NCBI GenBank assembly: GCA_965658595.1
Contig: CBFHSW010000070.1
Span: forward strand, 1 to 46,650
Length of the DNA stretch: 46,650 nucleotides
Direction: 5' to 3'
Source of the DNA: Gammaproteobacteria bacterium
GTDB taxonomy: Bacteria; Pseudomonadota; Gammaproteobacteria; UBA4575
Below are positions 20,543-29,249 of this stretch, in pieces (positions within the stretch are counted from its first letter, which is position 1; every line of letters starts with the position of its first letter). The notes under the pieces are model-generated. The model was not told the DNA's origin and searched no databases. It worked only from the letters and a program-made list of their open reading frames with translations. The position numbers and the translations under genes were made by a program.

Positions 20543-21130
20543 TTAACCTATGTTTGAGATTTTAAGTAATTTCTTAATGTCTTTTAAGAGACCTCGTGAT
20601 GATGCTTTGTGATTGTACTTCATCATTAAATTACCGTTAGGATCTATTAAGTAAATGTAACCTGATTCAAGTTGCTCTGGTTGTTTAACTTGCTGCTCAA
20701 CTTGCAGGCTTTTCAACCCACCAATTTTCAAATATTGATGGCGGTTATGAATTTTTTGATCCATATCAAATGTTTGATTGGATGGGTGCACTAATACAGT
20801 TTGCACGCGACCAGAGTCTCTACCTGTCGCGATACGCGCTTGGCGCAATTTAAATAATGAGGCCTCACAATTCAGATCACAGTTTTTTGACTGGAATACC
20901 AAGTAAGTCCATTTAGTGGCTAACTGTTGCCTATCGAATACAGATTCATCGTTCATTTCTATCTGCAGTATTTCGATAGGTTGTGCAGGATGTATCAGTT
21001 GACCATTTGATACCGAGCCTAATGCGGGTAGCTGATCACGGTAGGTATACATCGCGATAGCGATCAATAACGGTACGATAAATACCACTATTAAATAATA
21101 ACCAGCTCTTTCATTTTTTTTAGTTTCCAT
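20543..21130 (-). CDS. SCO1/SenC-like thioredoxin-fold oxidase-biogenesis protein (membrane anchored)
   Basis: One N-terminal TM helix. WTYLVFQSKNCDLNCEASL carries a CxxxC at the Sco position and GYIYLIDPNGNLMMKY matches the Sco C-terminal strand. It sits between SURF1 and ctaA. Confidence 0.5.
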   Translation of the reverse strand: METKKNERAGYYLIVVFIVPLLIAIAMYTYRDQLPALGSVSNGQLIHPAQPIEILQIEMNDESVFDRQQLATKWTYLVFQSKNCDLNCEASLFKLRQARIATGRDSGRVQTVLVHPSNQTFDMDQKIHNRHQYLKIGGLKSLQVEQQVKQPEQLESGYIYLIDPNGNLMMKYNHKASSRGLLKDIKKLLKISNIG

Positions 21131-21132
21131 AA

Positions 21133-21849
21133 TTACCTTCTATTTCTGAGTAATGGCCTAATACTGTATAGCCACCACAATACTAAGACGGCCAAGGCCA
21201 TTGCATACCATTGAAAAGCATATCCATAATGTTTCTGGGAACGCATCTGATTGGCAGCCCAGTCACGCCGATAACCATCTGGTTCAGCCCCATCAAGACG
21301 CAAGGTAAAAGGTAGTAAACTTAAACCTAGTCTCTCACCTAGCGCTTGATAATCTACAAATTGTATTCTGCGTGGCCATCCAAAATCCTCACCCTCTGCA
21401 ATGCCACCGAGAGTAAATGAATCATCATAGGGAACATATACACTTCCTGAGATAGTCCTAGTGGTAGCGTCTAGTACAAGTTCAGGTATTTGAGTTCTAT
21501 TACTACTTTGTGCGATCCAGCCTCGGTCAACTAAAAACCACTTTCTGTCTGGTTCACTATAGAAAGGTGTTAGTACTGAGTAGCCTGCGATTCTATCGCG
21601 GATTTGATTATCCAAGATGAACTGTTTACTAGGCTGATATCGGCCTTGCAGTTGAATCTGTTGGTAACGCCACGCTTCAAAAGGAGCCGTTGGAATACCC
21701 CTTGCTACTTCGCTATCTATATATGTGATCTGTTGTGTTTCAATTTGATGTTTAACGTTGCCACGTTCTAATTGCCATGTTCCTAAACTCAAAAACAACG
21801 TTAAAGTTATTAGTGAACTCAATTGTACAAGCCAAAATCGTATGCCCAT
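21133..21849 (-). CDS. SURF1-family cytochrome oxidase assembly protein
   Basis: LSLGTWQLERGNVKH matches the SURF1 G-WQ-R-K signature, and both termini carry TM helices. The start is taken at MGIRF; the ORF is open to 21897. Confidence 0.8.
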   Translation of the reverse strand: MGIRFWLVQLSSLITLTLFLSLGTWQLERGNVKHQIETQQITYIDSEVARGIPTAPFEAWRYQQIQLQGRYQPSKQFILDNQIRDRIAGYSVLTPFYSEPDRKWFLVDRGWIAQSSNRTQIPELVLDATTRTISGSVYVPYDDSFTLGGIAEGEDFGWPRRIQFVDYQALGERLGLSLLPFTLRLDGAEPDGYRRDWAANQMRSQKHYGYAFQWYAMALAVLVLWWLYSIRPLLRNRR

Positions 21850-21922
21850 CTTAATCTCCAAAAGCATTATGCTCATATGCTCGCTATAATCCACCATACA
21901 ACTAGACTATAAAGCCAAACTA

Positions 21923-22132
21923 ATGCTTATAAAATTCCTTATCGTAATACTCTTCATCCTGATCGTTGGCAGCCTCGTTTCAGCCATGTTTCATCTTCTC
22001 ACTAGTAAAGAGAATAATGACAAGACTTTACGCGCACTCAAGTTCAGAATCGGCTTATCAGTACTAGCATTTGTAATATTAATTATCAGTGCTCTGCTAG
22101 GATGGATTCAACCTCATGGTATTGGAGGATAA
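21923..22132 (+). CDS. twin-transmembrane small protein (DUF2909/HIG1-like), oxidase-cluster associated
   Basis: 69 aa with two hydrophobic helices separated by a KENNDKTLRALKFR loop. It is embedded in the cox cluster and followed by a strong terminator. Confidence 0.55.
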   Translation: MLIKFLIVILFILIVGSLVSAMFHLLTSKENNDKTLRALKFRIGLSVLAFVILIISALLGWIQPHGIGG

Positions 22133-22140
22133 GCATACCC

Positions 22141-22171
22141 AAAAAAAAGGCGCCGTGTCGGCGCCTTTTTT
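22141..22171. terminator. bidirectional rho-independent terminator
   Basis: AAAAAAAAGGCGCCG-TGT-CGGCGCCTTTTTT: an 8-bp GC stem flanked by an A-run and a T-run, between convergent genes ending at 22132 and 22191. Confidence 0.85.
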
Positions 22172-22190
22172 GTCTTTAAATACTTTCGCT

Positions 22191-23063
22191 TTACAGTATA
22201 TATACAAATATAAACAATCCTAGCCAGACCACGTCAACGAAGTGCCAGTACCATGCCGCCGCCTCGAAGCCAAAATGATTGTCCGCAGTAAAGTGACCTC
22301 TAATACAGCGTACCAATATCACCGCTAAGATAATCGCGCCAATAGTTACATGGAAGCCGTGAAATCCAGTGAGTAAGAAGAACGTTGATCCGTAGACACC
22401 AGAGCCTAGTGTTAAACCAAGGTGAGAATAAGCTTCTACATACTCCAAACCCTGACAGTACATGAAGATTGCACCAAGCAATACTGTTAAAAACAAGCCA
22501 ATAATAAGCTGAGCTCGGTGACCTGCCTTAAGCGCATGGTGTGCCCATGTTAGCGTTACACCCGACGTTAATAGCAATGCAGTATTAATTGCCGGCAAAC
22601 CCCAAGCAGCCATAGTTTGGTAATCACCACCAATGTTACCTGGACCATTGGCATTATCCGGCCATGAACTCTCAAAGCCTTGATATAAGAATTCATTAGT
22701 CGTTACACCACTACCTTCACCGCTTAACCATGGCAGTGAATACACTCGAGCATAATAGAGAGCGCCGAAGAATGCTGCGAAGAACATCACTTCTGAAAAA
22801 ATGAACCAGAACATGCCCCATCTGAATGAGATACCAACTTGTTCGTTATAAATACCTTTTTCGCTTTCCTTGACAACCGTGCCAAACCAACCAAAAAGCA
22901 TGAATAGTAAGATACCAAAACCCACCAACATTGCTGGCGAGCCCCATGAGACATCGTTTAAGAAATTTGCAAAGCCAACTAGCAGTGTGCACACACCCAC
23001 TGAACCCACAATAGGCCAATGACTTCCGTGTGGTATGTAATATGAATTTTCAGCATGCGCCAT
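22191..23063 (-). CDS. ctaE: cytochrome c oxidase subunit III
   Basis: Seven-TM protein with GFHGFHVTIG and WYWHFVDVVWL signatures. Confidence 0.93.
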   Translation of the reverse strand: MAHAENSYYIPHGSHWPIVGSVGVCTLLVGFANFLNDVSWGSPAMLVGFGILLFMLFGWFGTVVKESEKGIYNEQVGISFRWGMFWFIFSEVMFFAAFFGALYYARVYSLPWLSGEGSGVTTNEFLYQGFESSWPDNANGPGNIGGDYQTMAAWGLPAINTALLLTSGVTLTWAHHALKAGHRAQLIIGLFLTVLLGAIFMYCQGLEYVEAYSHLGLTLGSGVYGSTFFLLTGFHGFHVTIGAIILAVILVRCIRGHFTADNHFGFEAAAWYWHFVDVVWLGLFIFVYIL

Positions 23064-23080
23064 GTTCTTTCCTCTATTTA

Positions 23081-23659
23081 TTAATTTATTGCCACCTGCA
23101 AGTCGCTTTCAATAGACACGCTCGCTTGTGGATTTTCTGCTGTTATATCAAAAAATGTATATGAGAGTGTTACCACTCTTACATCAGGAGGTAGTTTTGG
23201 GTTGATCATAAAACTCAGTGGCATAGCCACCTCTTGACCCGCTAGCACTTCCTGACTCTCGAAACAAAAACACTCTGTTTTTATTAGGTGCTTGTTTGCC
23301 TTGTAGGGTGTCACACTTGGTACTGCTTGCCCTATCATGCGGATATTTGTTTCGTTTCTTGCTAAAAAGTTAGTGGTGTAAACCTTTCCAGGTCTTACCT
23401 TTAACTGACTGACTTGTGGTTTTACCTGCCATGGCATTTGTTGATTCAATGAAGCATCAAACTCAACAATTACCCAACGCGAAGTATCTTCTACAATTTC
23501 TTTAGAGACGAGTTGTGCTTCATCATCGGTGAAACGCAATCCTGTTAAATCACAAAACACATCGTACAAAGGGACTAACACGTAACCAAAGCCAAACATT
23601 GATATACATACAATTGCTAGCTTAGTGACCAACCTTCTAAGTGATGTAGTTTCCTTCAT
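23081..23659 (-). CDS. ctaG: cytochrome c oxidase assembly protein CtaG/Cox11
   Basis: N-terminal TM helix, then YDVFCDLTG and the copper-binding CFCF motif (TECFCFESQ). Confidence 0.88.
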   Translation of the reverse strand: MKETTSLRRLVTKLAIVCISMFGFGYVLVPLYDVFCDLTGLRFTDDEAQLVSKEIVEDTSRWVIVEFDASLNQQMPWQVKPQVSQLKVRPGKVYTTNFLARNETNIRMIGQAVPSVTPYKANKHLIKTECFCFESQEVLAGQEVAMPLSFMINPKLPPDVRVVTLSYTFFDITAENPQASVSIESDLQVAIN

Positions 23660-23704
23660 TGAGTCTCTTTATTACCAAACAGTTAGTACTCACCTAGTGC
23701 ATGA

Positions 23705-23815
23705 CTAGGTATTAGCAACTAAAACATAGAATCCCACGTAAATCGCAACAGCCAATAACACCAACAGCATAACTGTGGTGTTAGCGGCTTTTTGTTGCTT
23801 ATTTTTATCTACCAT
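23705..23815 (-). CDS. 36-aa single-TM small protein between coxA and ctaG (cytochrome oxidase small assembly protein-like)
   Basis: Hand translation gives MVDKNKQQKAANTTVMLLVLLAVAIYVGFYVLVANT*. The ATG is 20 nt after the coxA stop. Not in the ORF track. The call rests on position and topology. Confidence 0.5.
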   Translation of the reverse strand: MVDKNKQQKAANTTVMLLVLLAVAIYVGFYVLVANT

Positions 23816-23835
23816 ATCAACGTTTCTCGACCCGA

Positions 23836-25413
23836 CTATTTAATAGCGGGTGGAGTAACAAAACTATGGTAAGGCGCTGGTGAAGCAATCGTCCACTCAA
23901 GACCCTCTGCATTATCCCATACTTGGCTAGTCGCCTTCTTACCGCCTCTGATAGCAGCAATCACAATGTATAAGAAGAGTAACTGAGATAATCCAAATCC
24001 AAACGCACCCACTGTAGCAATCATATTGTAATCAGAGAACTGCAGCGCATAGTCTGGTATTCGTCGTGGCATACCTGCCAACCCAACGAAGTGCATAGGG
24101 AAGAATGTTAAGTTCACAAAGATCGTTGATAACCAGAAGTGAGCTTTACCAAGGCCTTCGCTGTACATGTTGCCACACCATTTAGGCAACCAATAATAGA
24201 CCGAGGCAATGATCGCAAAGATAGAGCCTGGCACTAATACGTAGTGGAAGTGAGCAACTACGAAGTAGGTATCATGATATTGGAAATCCACTGGCGCCAG
24301 TGCAAGCATCAAGCCTGAGAAACCACCAATAGAGAACATCACAATGAAGCCCAAGGCAAATAACATTGGTGTTTCAAATGTCATCGCTCCACGCCACATT
24401 GTTGCAACCCAGTTAAACACCTTCACACCTGTCGGCACCGCAATCAACATGGTGGCGAACATAAAGAACAGTTCCCCTGCCAGCGGCATTCCCACAGTGA
24501 ACATGTGGTGAGCCCATACGATAAACGACAAGAATGCAATTGAACCTGTGGCATATACCATGGAGGCATAACCAAACAGTGGCTTCCTTGCAAATGTCGG
24601 GATAATACTCGAGACCACACCAAACGATGGTAGGATCAAAATATAAACTTCAGGGTGTCCGAAGAACCAGAAGATGTGTTGGAACATTACCGGATCACCA
24701 CCACCTGCTGCATTAAAGAAACTCGTTCCAAAGAACTTGTCTGTCAACAACATAGTGATACCACCAGCAAGTACTGGCATTACCGCAATTAACAAGTAAG
24801 CAGTGATTAACCAAGTCCATACGAACAGAGGCATTTTCATTAACGTCATGCCTGGTGCGCGCATGTTAAGAATAGTTGCGATCACGTTAATCGCACCCAT
24901 GATGGACGATAAGCCCATAAAGTGCATAGATAGAATAACGAATGGCAGTGCATCACCTGTTTGTAATGTGAGCGGTGGATAGAGTGTCCAACCACCTGCA
25001 GGACCACCGCCGTCCATGAATAATGTCGACAACATCATGGCGAATGCAAATGGGAGAATCCAGAAACTCCAGTTGTTCATTCTAGGTAGCGCCATATCTG
25101 TGGCACCGACCATCATTGGGATTAACCAGTTAGCAAGACCTGTGAAGGCCGGCATCACCACACCAAAAATCATCATAATGGCATGCATGGTTGTCATGGA
25201 GTTGAAGAACTGCGGATCAACAAATTGCAGACCCGGTTGGAACAATTCAGTTCGGATGACCAATGCCATCACTCCACCGATTAAAAACATAATAAACGAG
25301 AACCAGAGGTACAAAGTACCAATGTCTTTATGGTTAGTTGTAAACAACCATCGTTTAATTGAATAAGGACTCTCAGGATGATCGTCGTGATGATCGTCGG
25401 CAGCCGTACTCAT
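23836..25413 (-). CDS. ctaD: cytochrome c oxidase subunit I (aa3-type)
   Basis: TNHKDIGTLY, WFFGHPEVYILILP and HFHYVL heme-copper signatures. 525 aa. Confidence 0.97.
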   Translation of the reverse strand: MSTAADDHHDDHPESPYSIKRWLFTTNHKDIGTLYLWFSFIMFLIGGVMALVIRTELFQPGLQFVDPQFFNSMTTMHAIMMIFGVVMPAFTGLANWLIPMMVGATDMALPRMNNWSFWILPFAFAMMLSTLFMDGGGPAGGWTLYPPLTLQTGDALPFVILSMHFMGLSSIMGAINVIATILNMRAPGMTLMKMPLFVWTWLITAYLLIAVMPVLAGGITMLLTDKFFGTSFFNAAGGGDPVMFQHIFWFFGHPEVYILILPSFGVVSSIIPTFARKPLFGYASMVYATGSIAFLSFIVWAHHMFTVGMPLAGELFFMFATMLIAVPTGVKVFNWVATMWRGAMTFETPMLFALGFIVMFSIGGFSGLMLALAPVDFQYHDTYFVVAHFHYVLVPGSIFAIIASVYYWLPKWCGNMYSEGLGKAHFWLSTIFVNLTFFPMHFVGLAGMPRRIPDYALQFSDYNMIATVGAFGFGLSQLLFLYIVIAAIRGGKKATSQVWDNAEGLEWTIASPAPYHSFVTPPAIK

Positions 25414-25467
25414 GATTTACTCCTTGGTTTAAATACTAAAAATTAAAATCTAAATGTCTCGCTGAGT

Positions 25468-26280
25468 TTACTCAGCCATTGCATATTCTGTGTTTTGCTC
25501 AAGCGTAGTATTGGCCGCTAGGAACTGATCAAACTCAGCTTCTGGTACGGCTCGAACAACAATTGGCATAAAGCCGTGATCACGCCCACATAACTCAGCG
25601 CACTGTCCACGGTATACTCCCGGTTCGTTAATGCGCGTCCATGCTTCGTTAATGAATCCTGGGATAGCATCTTTCTTAACTGCAACCGCAGGCACCCACC
25701 AAGCGTGGATCACATCATTAGATGTAATTAAGAAACGGACTTTTTTACCTACGGGTAAAACTAGCTCGTTATTAACTTCCAATAAGTAGTTTTGGTTTTT
25801 GTTCTCGGCATTGTTAATTTGTGTTCTTGGAGTATCTAACACGCTGTAAAAATCTACACCTTCATCAATGTACTCATAGTGCCACAACCATTGGTAACCC
25901 GTGATTTTCACGGTTAGGTCATAGTCGCTGGTATCTTCCATCGCGATTAATGTTTTGGTCGCAGGAATTGCAAGACCGATCAAAATAACAAATGGGATGA
26001 AAGTCCAAATAGCTTCCGCAGTAGTGCTTTCGTGGAACGTGGCAGGGGTTACACCTTTAGATTGGCGATGCGCATAGATCGAGTAGAACATCACTGCAAA
26101 TACAACCACCGCAATGACGACACATAACCAAAATGCGATCATGTGCATGTTGTAAACATCTCCACTGATGTCTGACACGCCACGTGTCATATTGTAAGGC
26201 TGAACTGCATGCGCTGAACCCACCATTAGAAGAGTGCCGAATGTAACCAGCATCTTTTTGATCCAGGTATTAACCATCAT
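25468..26280 (-). CDS. ctaC: cytochrome c oxidase subunit II (no fused cytochrome c domain)
   Basis: Signal peptide, two TM helices, and the CuA site DVIHAWWVP...CAELCGRDHGFM. 270 aa. Confidence 0.93.
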   Translation of the reverse strand: MMVNTWIKKMLVTFGTLLMVGSAHAVQPYNMTRGVSDISGDVYNMHMIAFWLCVVIAVVVFAVMFYSIYAHRQSKGVTPATFHESTTAEAIWTFIPFVILIGLAIPATKTLIAMEDTSDYDLTVKITGYQWLWHYEYIDEGVDFYSVLDTPRTQINNAENKNQNYLLEVNNELVLPVGKKVRFLITSNDVIHAWWVPAVAVKKDAIPGFINEAWTRINEPGVYRGQCAELCGRDHGFMPIVVRAVPEAEFDQFLAANTTLEQNTEYAMAE

Positions 26281-26302
26281 CTGTGTAACTCCATTTCGAT
26301 TT

Positions 26303-26848
26303 CTATAAATTAATTTTTTCTGCCAGCGCGTTTTTGATCGATGAAGCTAAACTTTTACGTTCGTCCTCATTCAAAAATGCGCCAACCTCGTATTCTATGC
26401 CTTTGGATTTCATTACCAATCTGCCGTGTTGTGTCGGAGGGGCAGGGGGATATAGCTGAACGCTGGTCCATGCTGTCTGTAACTCATGCAAACGGGTTGC
26501 ATGGTCTCGCCCTGACTCAATACGAACACGATCTTGATCGATTGAAATCACTTCACATTCCCTTGTTTTGATACTGATCCAGTAAAGCACACCGGCCAGC
26601 GATAAAACTTCTGCACCTGCAAATGGAAGAATTACCCACAGGCCTTGGATCGCAAACACTACCGCGATACCAATAGACAAAATCGCTAAGCTCGCCACAA
26701 ATACTTTAGTATCGCGCCAGCTCATAGAGCAATTGGGTCTAATCACAAATCGCGATGACGCTGGTTCATTATCTGAGCTCAATTTCATCCTCAAAAAACT
26801 TCTGGTTTGCAGGCTTACTAAACCTATCGTTTCAACTGACTCTTCCAT
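26303..26848 (-). CDS. DUF2244-type integral membrane protein preceding coxB
   Basis: VIRPNCSMSWRD is followed by two TM helices (ILSIGIAVVFAIQGLWVILPFAGAEVLSL). AAGGA lies 7 nt upstream of the 26848 ATG. An alternative start is at 26788. Confidence 0.6.
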   Translation of the reverse strand: MEESVETIGLVSLQTRSFLRMKLSSDNEPASSRFVIRPNCSMSWRDTKVFVASLAILSIGIAVVFAIQGLWVILPFAGAEVLSLAGVLYWISIKTRECEVISIDQDRVRIESGRDHATRLHELQTAWTSVQLYPPAPPTQHGRLVMKSKGIEYEVGAFLNEDERKSLASSIKNALAEKINL

Positions 26849-27053
26849 CCAGTAGTCCTTGGTGCGGCATTATGCCGCATCATGAACCAATTGTCATAAC
26901 GGATGTTAGAGGTATACGGTTCGTTTAATTATCACTTTTAGGTTATTAAACACACTCTTGGCACTCAAATATGATCCAATTTTGCATGTACAAACTTAAA
27001 ATGTGGGAATATGGCACAGTACAAACGGTCAAATATAAATATTTTACAGGTTA

Positions 27054-27851
27054 TTAAGTTTTTTTAGCTGTGCCATATATCACTTCATAGGTGGCAGGGT
27101 ATATCCCTAGATTGTGCGCAGAAGCTGGATAGTTTGCTAACATTTTTGAAAATTTTGACTTTCCAAAGAGGCCCTTAGATGAACTTTTATGATGATTCGC
27201 GCCTACCGCCTTCAAATCCCTCAATAAATCGATAGGATGACGATATCCGATCTCGAGCAAAACCGTAGTCAACTCAATCTGTTCAAACCCTGCTATCAAC
27301 AAGGCTTTTTCAATCTCTTGCAAAGCTGCAAAAACGCCCACATGCGCATCCTCGTCAACCGCCCCAAAAGCCTGCCGTAATTCTTTTAAACTATCAGGCC
27401 CAAAAGTCGAGAAAACCAACACCCCATTGTCGTCTAACACCCTTCGACACTCTGAAAATACTGCTGGCAAGTCCTCGCACCACTGCAACATAGAATTACT
27501 CAAGATAAGATCAAAGGATTGATTTTGCAGGGGTAGATGAGCACTGTCTGCACATATGGATGGATGATTGACTGTCTCAGGTTGCTTCTGATTATGTTGG
27601 GCGTAACTCAGCATTGCCAAACTTAGATCAAGCGCAACGTAATACGTATTCTTGTGTTGCAGCAGCAACTTATCCCTACTCAAGCCGGTTCCACTGCCCA
27701 AGTCTAATAGGCGTTTAGCACGATTATCACCTCTAGATATTTGATCTAGGCACTCAAGCGTTAAGTCTATGGCCTGTACCTGCACTTTTGCCGCCGCATC
27801 GTAACTATTCGCCGCACCTGAGAAACATGATTGTATTTTGAATTTATCCAT
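27054..27851 (-). CDS. bioC: malonyl-ACP O-methyltransferase
   Basis: F..AA.SYD..A.VQ N-terminus, LDLGSGTG SAM motif, and LRDLKAVGANHH as in E. coli BioC (LKGIGATHL). It directly follows bioH. An alternative TTG start is at 27866. Confidence 0.85.
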   Translation of the reverse strand: MDKFKIQSCFSGAANSYDAAAKVQVQAIDLTLECLDQISRGDNRAKRLLDLGSGTGLSRDKLLLQHKNTYYVALDLSLAMLSYAQHNQKQPETVNHPSICADSAHLPLQNQSFDLILSNSMLQWCEDLPAVFSECRRVLDDNGVLVFSTFGPDSLKELRQAFGAVDEDAHVGVFAALQEIEKALLIAGFEQIELTTVLLEIGYRHPIDLLRDLKAVGANHHKSSSKGLFGKSKFSKMLANYPASAHNLGIYPATYEVIYGTAKKT

Positions 27852-27856
27852 ATTGC

Positions 27857-28633
27857 TTAAAAGCAAGCCCTCTTAGAATCTAGAAAAGAAGAAATTTGTT
27901 CAGCCACTCGCTGCGGACAGGACAATACCGGTGCATGACCTACCTGTGGCCACGACACCCATTCAGACTTTGATTGTTGGGCAAAATATTCTGCATTATG
28001 ACAATCCACGATGGCATCATCAGCGCCTAGAATAAAGTATTTTGGGCAAGCCAGACTGAGCAGTTGTTCAGAGAAGTCTGTTTCTAACAACTCCAGACCG
28101 ACTTGTAACTCACTCATACTCTGGCTAGAAACATCCTCATATGACCGGAACTGCTTGAGCACTGTTCGTGCATTTTCGTCCCCCACCACCTGTAATGCTT
28201 GAAAACTTTTAATAGTGGAGGCTGGATTAACATCAAAGTTTTTTTTCAATGCCAGATATTTATCAAAATCTATGCCTGAGCGAAGATTATCAGGGCTGAC
28301 AAATTTAGGTGTAGAAGCGATAAAAACAATACTTTTCACACACCTCGGATGACGTGCAGCCAGGCGAATGGCAATCAAGCCACCCATTGACCATGCCAGC
28401 ACATGACTAGCTGATTGATCAGAAGACAGATAATTCTCAGCCAATTTATCCACGTACTCATCTAGCTGTGCCAACGTCCCATGATCACAGGCCTCTTGAC
28501 TCCATGGCGGTATGACATTATTTATCTGGCAACATGTTTCTAATGCTGGAATAATTAAGTCCCATACGTGATGAGAAGAACCCCAACCAGTGAGCAATAA
28601 CAAGTTCTCTTTCATTCTCTGTTGTCCGATCAT
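27857..28633 (-). CDS. bioH: pimeloyl-ACP methyl ester carboxylesterase
   Basis: LLLTGWG, the nucleophile elbow AWSMGG, and FQALQVVGDENAR plus GLELLETD, which parallel E. coli BioH FLALQTMGTETAR and GLEILKTVD. The catalytic His lies in VGHAP. An alternative start is at 28615. Confidence 0.85.
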   Translation of the reverse strand: MIGQQRMKENLLLLTGWGSSHHVWDLIIPALETCCQINNVIPPWSQEACDHGTLAQLDEYVDKLAENYLSSDQSASHVLAWSMGGLIAIRLAARHPRCVKSIVFIASTPKFVSPDNLRSGIDFDKYLALKKNFDVNPASTIKSFQALQVVGDENARTVLKQFRSYEDVSSQSMSELQVGLELLETDFSEQLLSLACPKYFILGADDAIVDCHNAEYFAQQSKSEWVSWPQVGHAPVLSCPQRVAEQISSFLDSKRACF

Positions 28634-28637
28634 TTAA

Positions 28638-29249
28638 TTGAATTTCATGAATATATCAGTCGACCTTATTGCATATGTGATTGCAAGCTATTTGATTGGC
28701 TCCATCTCCTGCGCCATTATTTTTGCAGGCTGGATGAAGTTGCCAGACCCACGGCAATTAGGTTCTGGCAATCCCGGCGCCACCAATATGTTACGCACTG
28801 GGAGTAAAAAAGCCGCCGCTTTAACCCTAGCAGGTGACTTATTGAAAAGCTTACTACCTCTTCTAATCGCGCGCTATTTGAATGTTAATGAAGTGATTCT
28901 ATGTTGGATGGGAGGTGCTGCAATTATTGGTCATATGTATCCCATCTACTACCGATTTCAGGGTGGCAAAGGTGTCGCCACGACACTCGGAGTACTGCTG
29001 GCAATACATTGGCCGCTAGCATTAATCTGGTCAGGAGTATGGGTAAGCATGGCTAAACTATCACGCTATTCATCATTATCTGCACTCACCGCCACCGCCC
29101 TGCTACCCCTGGTCGCATGGAGTCTCGGTCTCTCTATTGAAGTCATCAGCTTACTAGTGATTATTTCAATACTGGTATTTTGGCGCCACCGCAGCAACAT
29201 TACTAAGCTCATTCACGGGCAAGAGAGCCGTATCAGCGGATCAAAATAA
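28638..29249 (+). CDS. plsY: glycerol-3-phosphate acyltransferase PlsY
   Basis: YLIGSISCAII, GSGNPGATN and FQGGKGVAT motifs. Confidence 0.93.
   Translation: MNFMNISVDLIAYVIASYLIGSISCAIIFAGWMKLPDPRQLGSGNPGATNMLRTGSKKAAALTLAGDLLKSLLPLLIARYLNVNEVILCWMGGAAIIGHMYPIYYRFQGGKGVATTLGVLLAIHWPLALIWSGVWVSMAKLSRYSSLSALTATALLPLVAWSLGLSIEVISLLVIISILVFWRHRSNITKLIHGQESRISGSK

Noticed and set aside
25016-25366. 116-aa plus-strand ORF
   Set aside because: It is antisense inside cytochrome oxidase subunit I, so it is a shadow ORF.
26862-26881. Hairpin TGCGGCA-tta-TGCCGCA just upstream of the DUF2244/cox operon start
   Set aside because: It has a short stem and no T-run on either strand, and its function (operator, 5' UTR structure or bioC terminator) cannot be decided from sequence.
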